Positions 62,476-64,000 of a stretch of 64,000 nucleotides of DNA are shown here, in pieces. The notes beneath the pieces were generated by a model. The model searched no databases. It was not told where the DNA came from and worked only from the letters and a program-made list of their open reading frames with translations. Source of the stretch: Eukaryota sp. GEM-RC1. Taxonomy: Eukaryota. Where the stretch lies: NCBI GenBank assembly GCA_040285855.1, contig JAUFOQ010000017.1:1488001-1552000 (forward strand), read 5' to 3'. The number at the start of each line of letters is the position of its first letter. Position 1 is the stretch's first letter. A program made the position numbers and the translations under genes.

Positions 62476-63590
62476 GGGGCCGTGTAAATCCACCATGTAA
62501 ATCCACCATTTGATGGAAAAGTTCAGAATAAATTGATTAATCTTCTTCTTTCTGACCTTCGGACTGCTGAGCATCATTACAACAACAGACCACACTGCAC
62601 ATCTTCTACAGATGGATCTTCCCCAGTTCTCCAGTTCTCAACGTGAAGATCTTATGTCTCACTTGCTGCAACAATCTTTTGACATCGGTTACTCTCTTGT
62701 TGTCAACAAGTCCAATCACAACAAGAACTTTAAGCTTGTTTGTGAATCTTTTGGGACCTATCGGTGCAGAAAGGAAGTCGCTCCTAATGTTTAAAATACG
62801 CCATTGAATGTTTGTTACAGTATCATGAGAAATTGTTTCAGGAAGAAGATACTGATAGACCAAACTTTATAGAAGAAAACGAAGATAAGGTGAGAGCTAA
62901 AGGACTTCCATCTCTCAGTAAACTGCTCAACCATGATCAACTAACTAGAGAAGACTTTCATCCACAGTGGCAACTTTGCAGAACTGCAAATGACGAATAT
63001 TTAGAAAGAGTTCAACATGTCCAACAGCCAAGAACGTCCATGTACGAAGTCATGGGTGATTTAATCCAACTTACGCAGGAGCAAAAGGATTATGCAGTAG
63101 GAAAGATCAGAGCAACGTTGCAAACAGCAGCAACGTTTTCTCTCCCACCACTTCCTGCAGAAACAAGAAAGAGGAAAGGCAGACCTTTAGGCAGCAGAAA
63201 CAAAAGAACATCTACTCAAAGAGACCCCAGTTCTTTTGAAATTGCTACTCAACAAGCGAGCAATCGTAGAAAGTGTGGTGTGTGTGGTCGACCAGGACAT
63301 AACCGAACAACATGTGAAGAGAGATAGCTTCTGTTTTATTTTGTACGTAGAGTACTTTCATTGTAATAAAGGAAGCAAAAATGTGCTGGATATAGTAGGT
63401 ATAGGGAGTATCGATGGAAGAAAGATATAGGTTAGGTGAAGATGTGCAACTGGGATGCTAACTAAGGTTCGTGTCCAATATAGGCTGTGTATGAAGAGGT
63501 CAAAAGTGGACCAGAAAGAAGAAGACCAATCAATTTATTCTGAACTTTTCCATCAAATGGTGGATTTACATGGTGGATTTACACGGCCCC
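62476..63590 (+). mobile_element. Young non-autonomous Mutator-like element (MULE)
   Basis: 63-bp perfect (about 80-bp imperfect) TIR GGGGCCGTGTAAATCCACC...; TSD TATTTTTA; N-terminal KLVCESFGTYR and C-terminal KGRP..STQRDPSSFE..CGVCGRPGHNRTTC remnants; DDE core absent; empty site at 52378..52385. Confidence 0.9.
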
Positions 63591-63670
63591 TATTTTTATT
63601 CTAGATGTAGTGGACTAAACAACTAAAATTTATCATTAAAACAACACTGGTCGCTATCAAATCTTACAAC

Positions 63671-64000
63671 AATCGTCGAGGTACCTCAGAACAAATGTTA
63701 ATGACTGCCTTTAAATGATCGTAACTTAGACCAGACGGTCCAGCTGCACGACCCGAAGGCAGACTTCTAATACAACCAAGAATTTCACTAGCAGTGATGG
63801 GATTAGTTGTATAGTAATCAACTTCTGCAGATGAAACACAATAATTGATAACAAAATCTTCATGAGGAAGAAGTTTCTCCAAAGCAGACAAAGTAGCATC
63901 ATTGAATGCAGCAGGTGAAGACTCTTCTAACACACCAAGAGCAGAAGAGTATTGAGATCGTAGAGCAAGAGATTCAAAACGCAAATGTAAAAGAACGAAC
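63671..64000 (-). mobile_element. LINE family F fragment, duplicate of 52458..52916 with an internal deletion
   Basis: RFESLALRSQ...SLPSGRAAGPSG nearly identical to the 52451..53164 ORF. Confidence 0.88.

Overview
AT-rich, intron-poor eukaryotic (protist-like, possibly an anaerobic metamonad; inference only) nuclear DNA with two kinds of region. Tightly packed gene clusters contain a COMMD4-like end, a flavodoxin-like gene with a 29-nt GT-AG intron, a COMM-only COMMD2, RRP8, a ~2000-aa TPR+IQ-repeat protein, a degenerate RNB-like gene, RPA2, a calcineurin B-like gene, TDH, a SETD6/RKM-like methyltransferase and a dymeclin-like gene. These alternate with dense transposon islands. The islands are patchworks of about seven or more families of CRE-clade RLE-type non-LTR retrotransposon fragments, overlaid by hAT elements (one near-intact, five MITEs with 8-bp TSDs), two MULEs and a pogo-like MITE. 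There are four intact tRNA genes (Pro-AGG, Ser-TGA, two identical Met-CAT) and a tRNA-Ser broken at the D-loop whose matching 5' part lies 4.2 kb away. Most gene frameshifts fall in homopolymers and are probably long-read errors. The most unusual signals are a tRNA-Met-headed chimeric LINE module that is re-duplicated as a unit, a LINE N-terminus with an AT-hook + CCHC knuckle, two hAT MITEs sharing one target site, and the cleanly split tRNA-Ser. Coordinates of degenerate LINE fragments are approximate, and family letters are my own labels from visual comparison.
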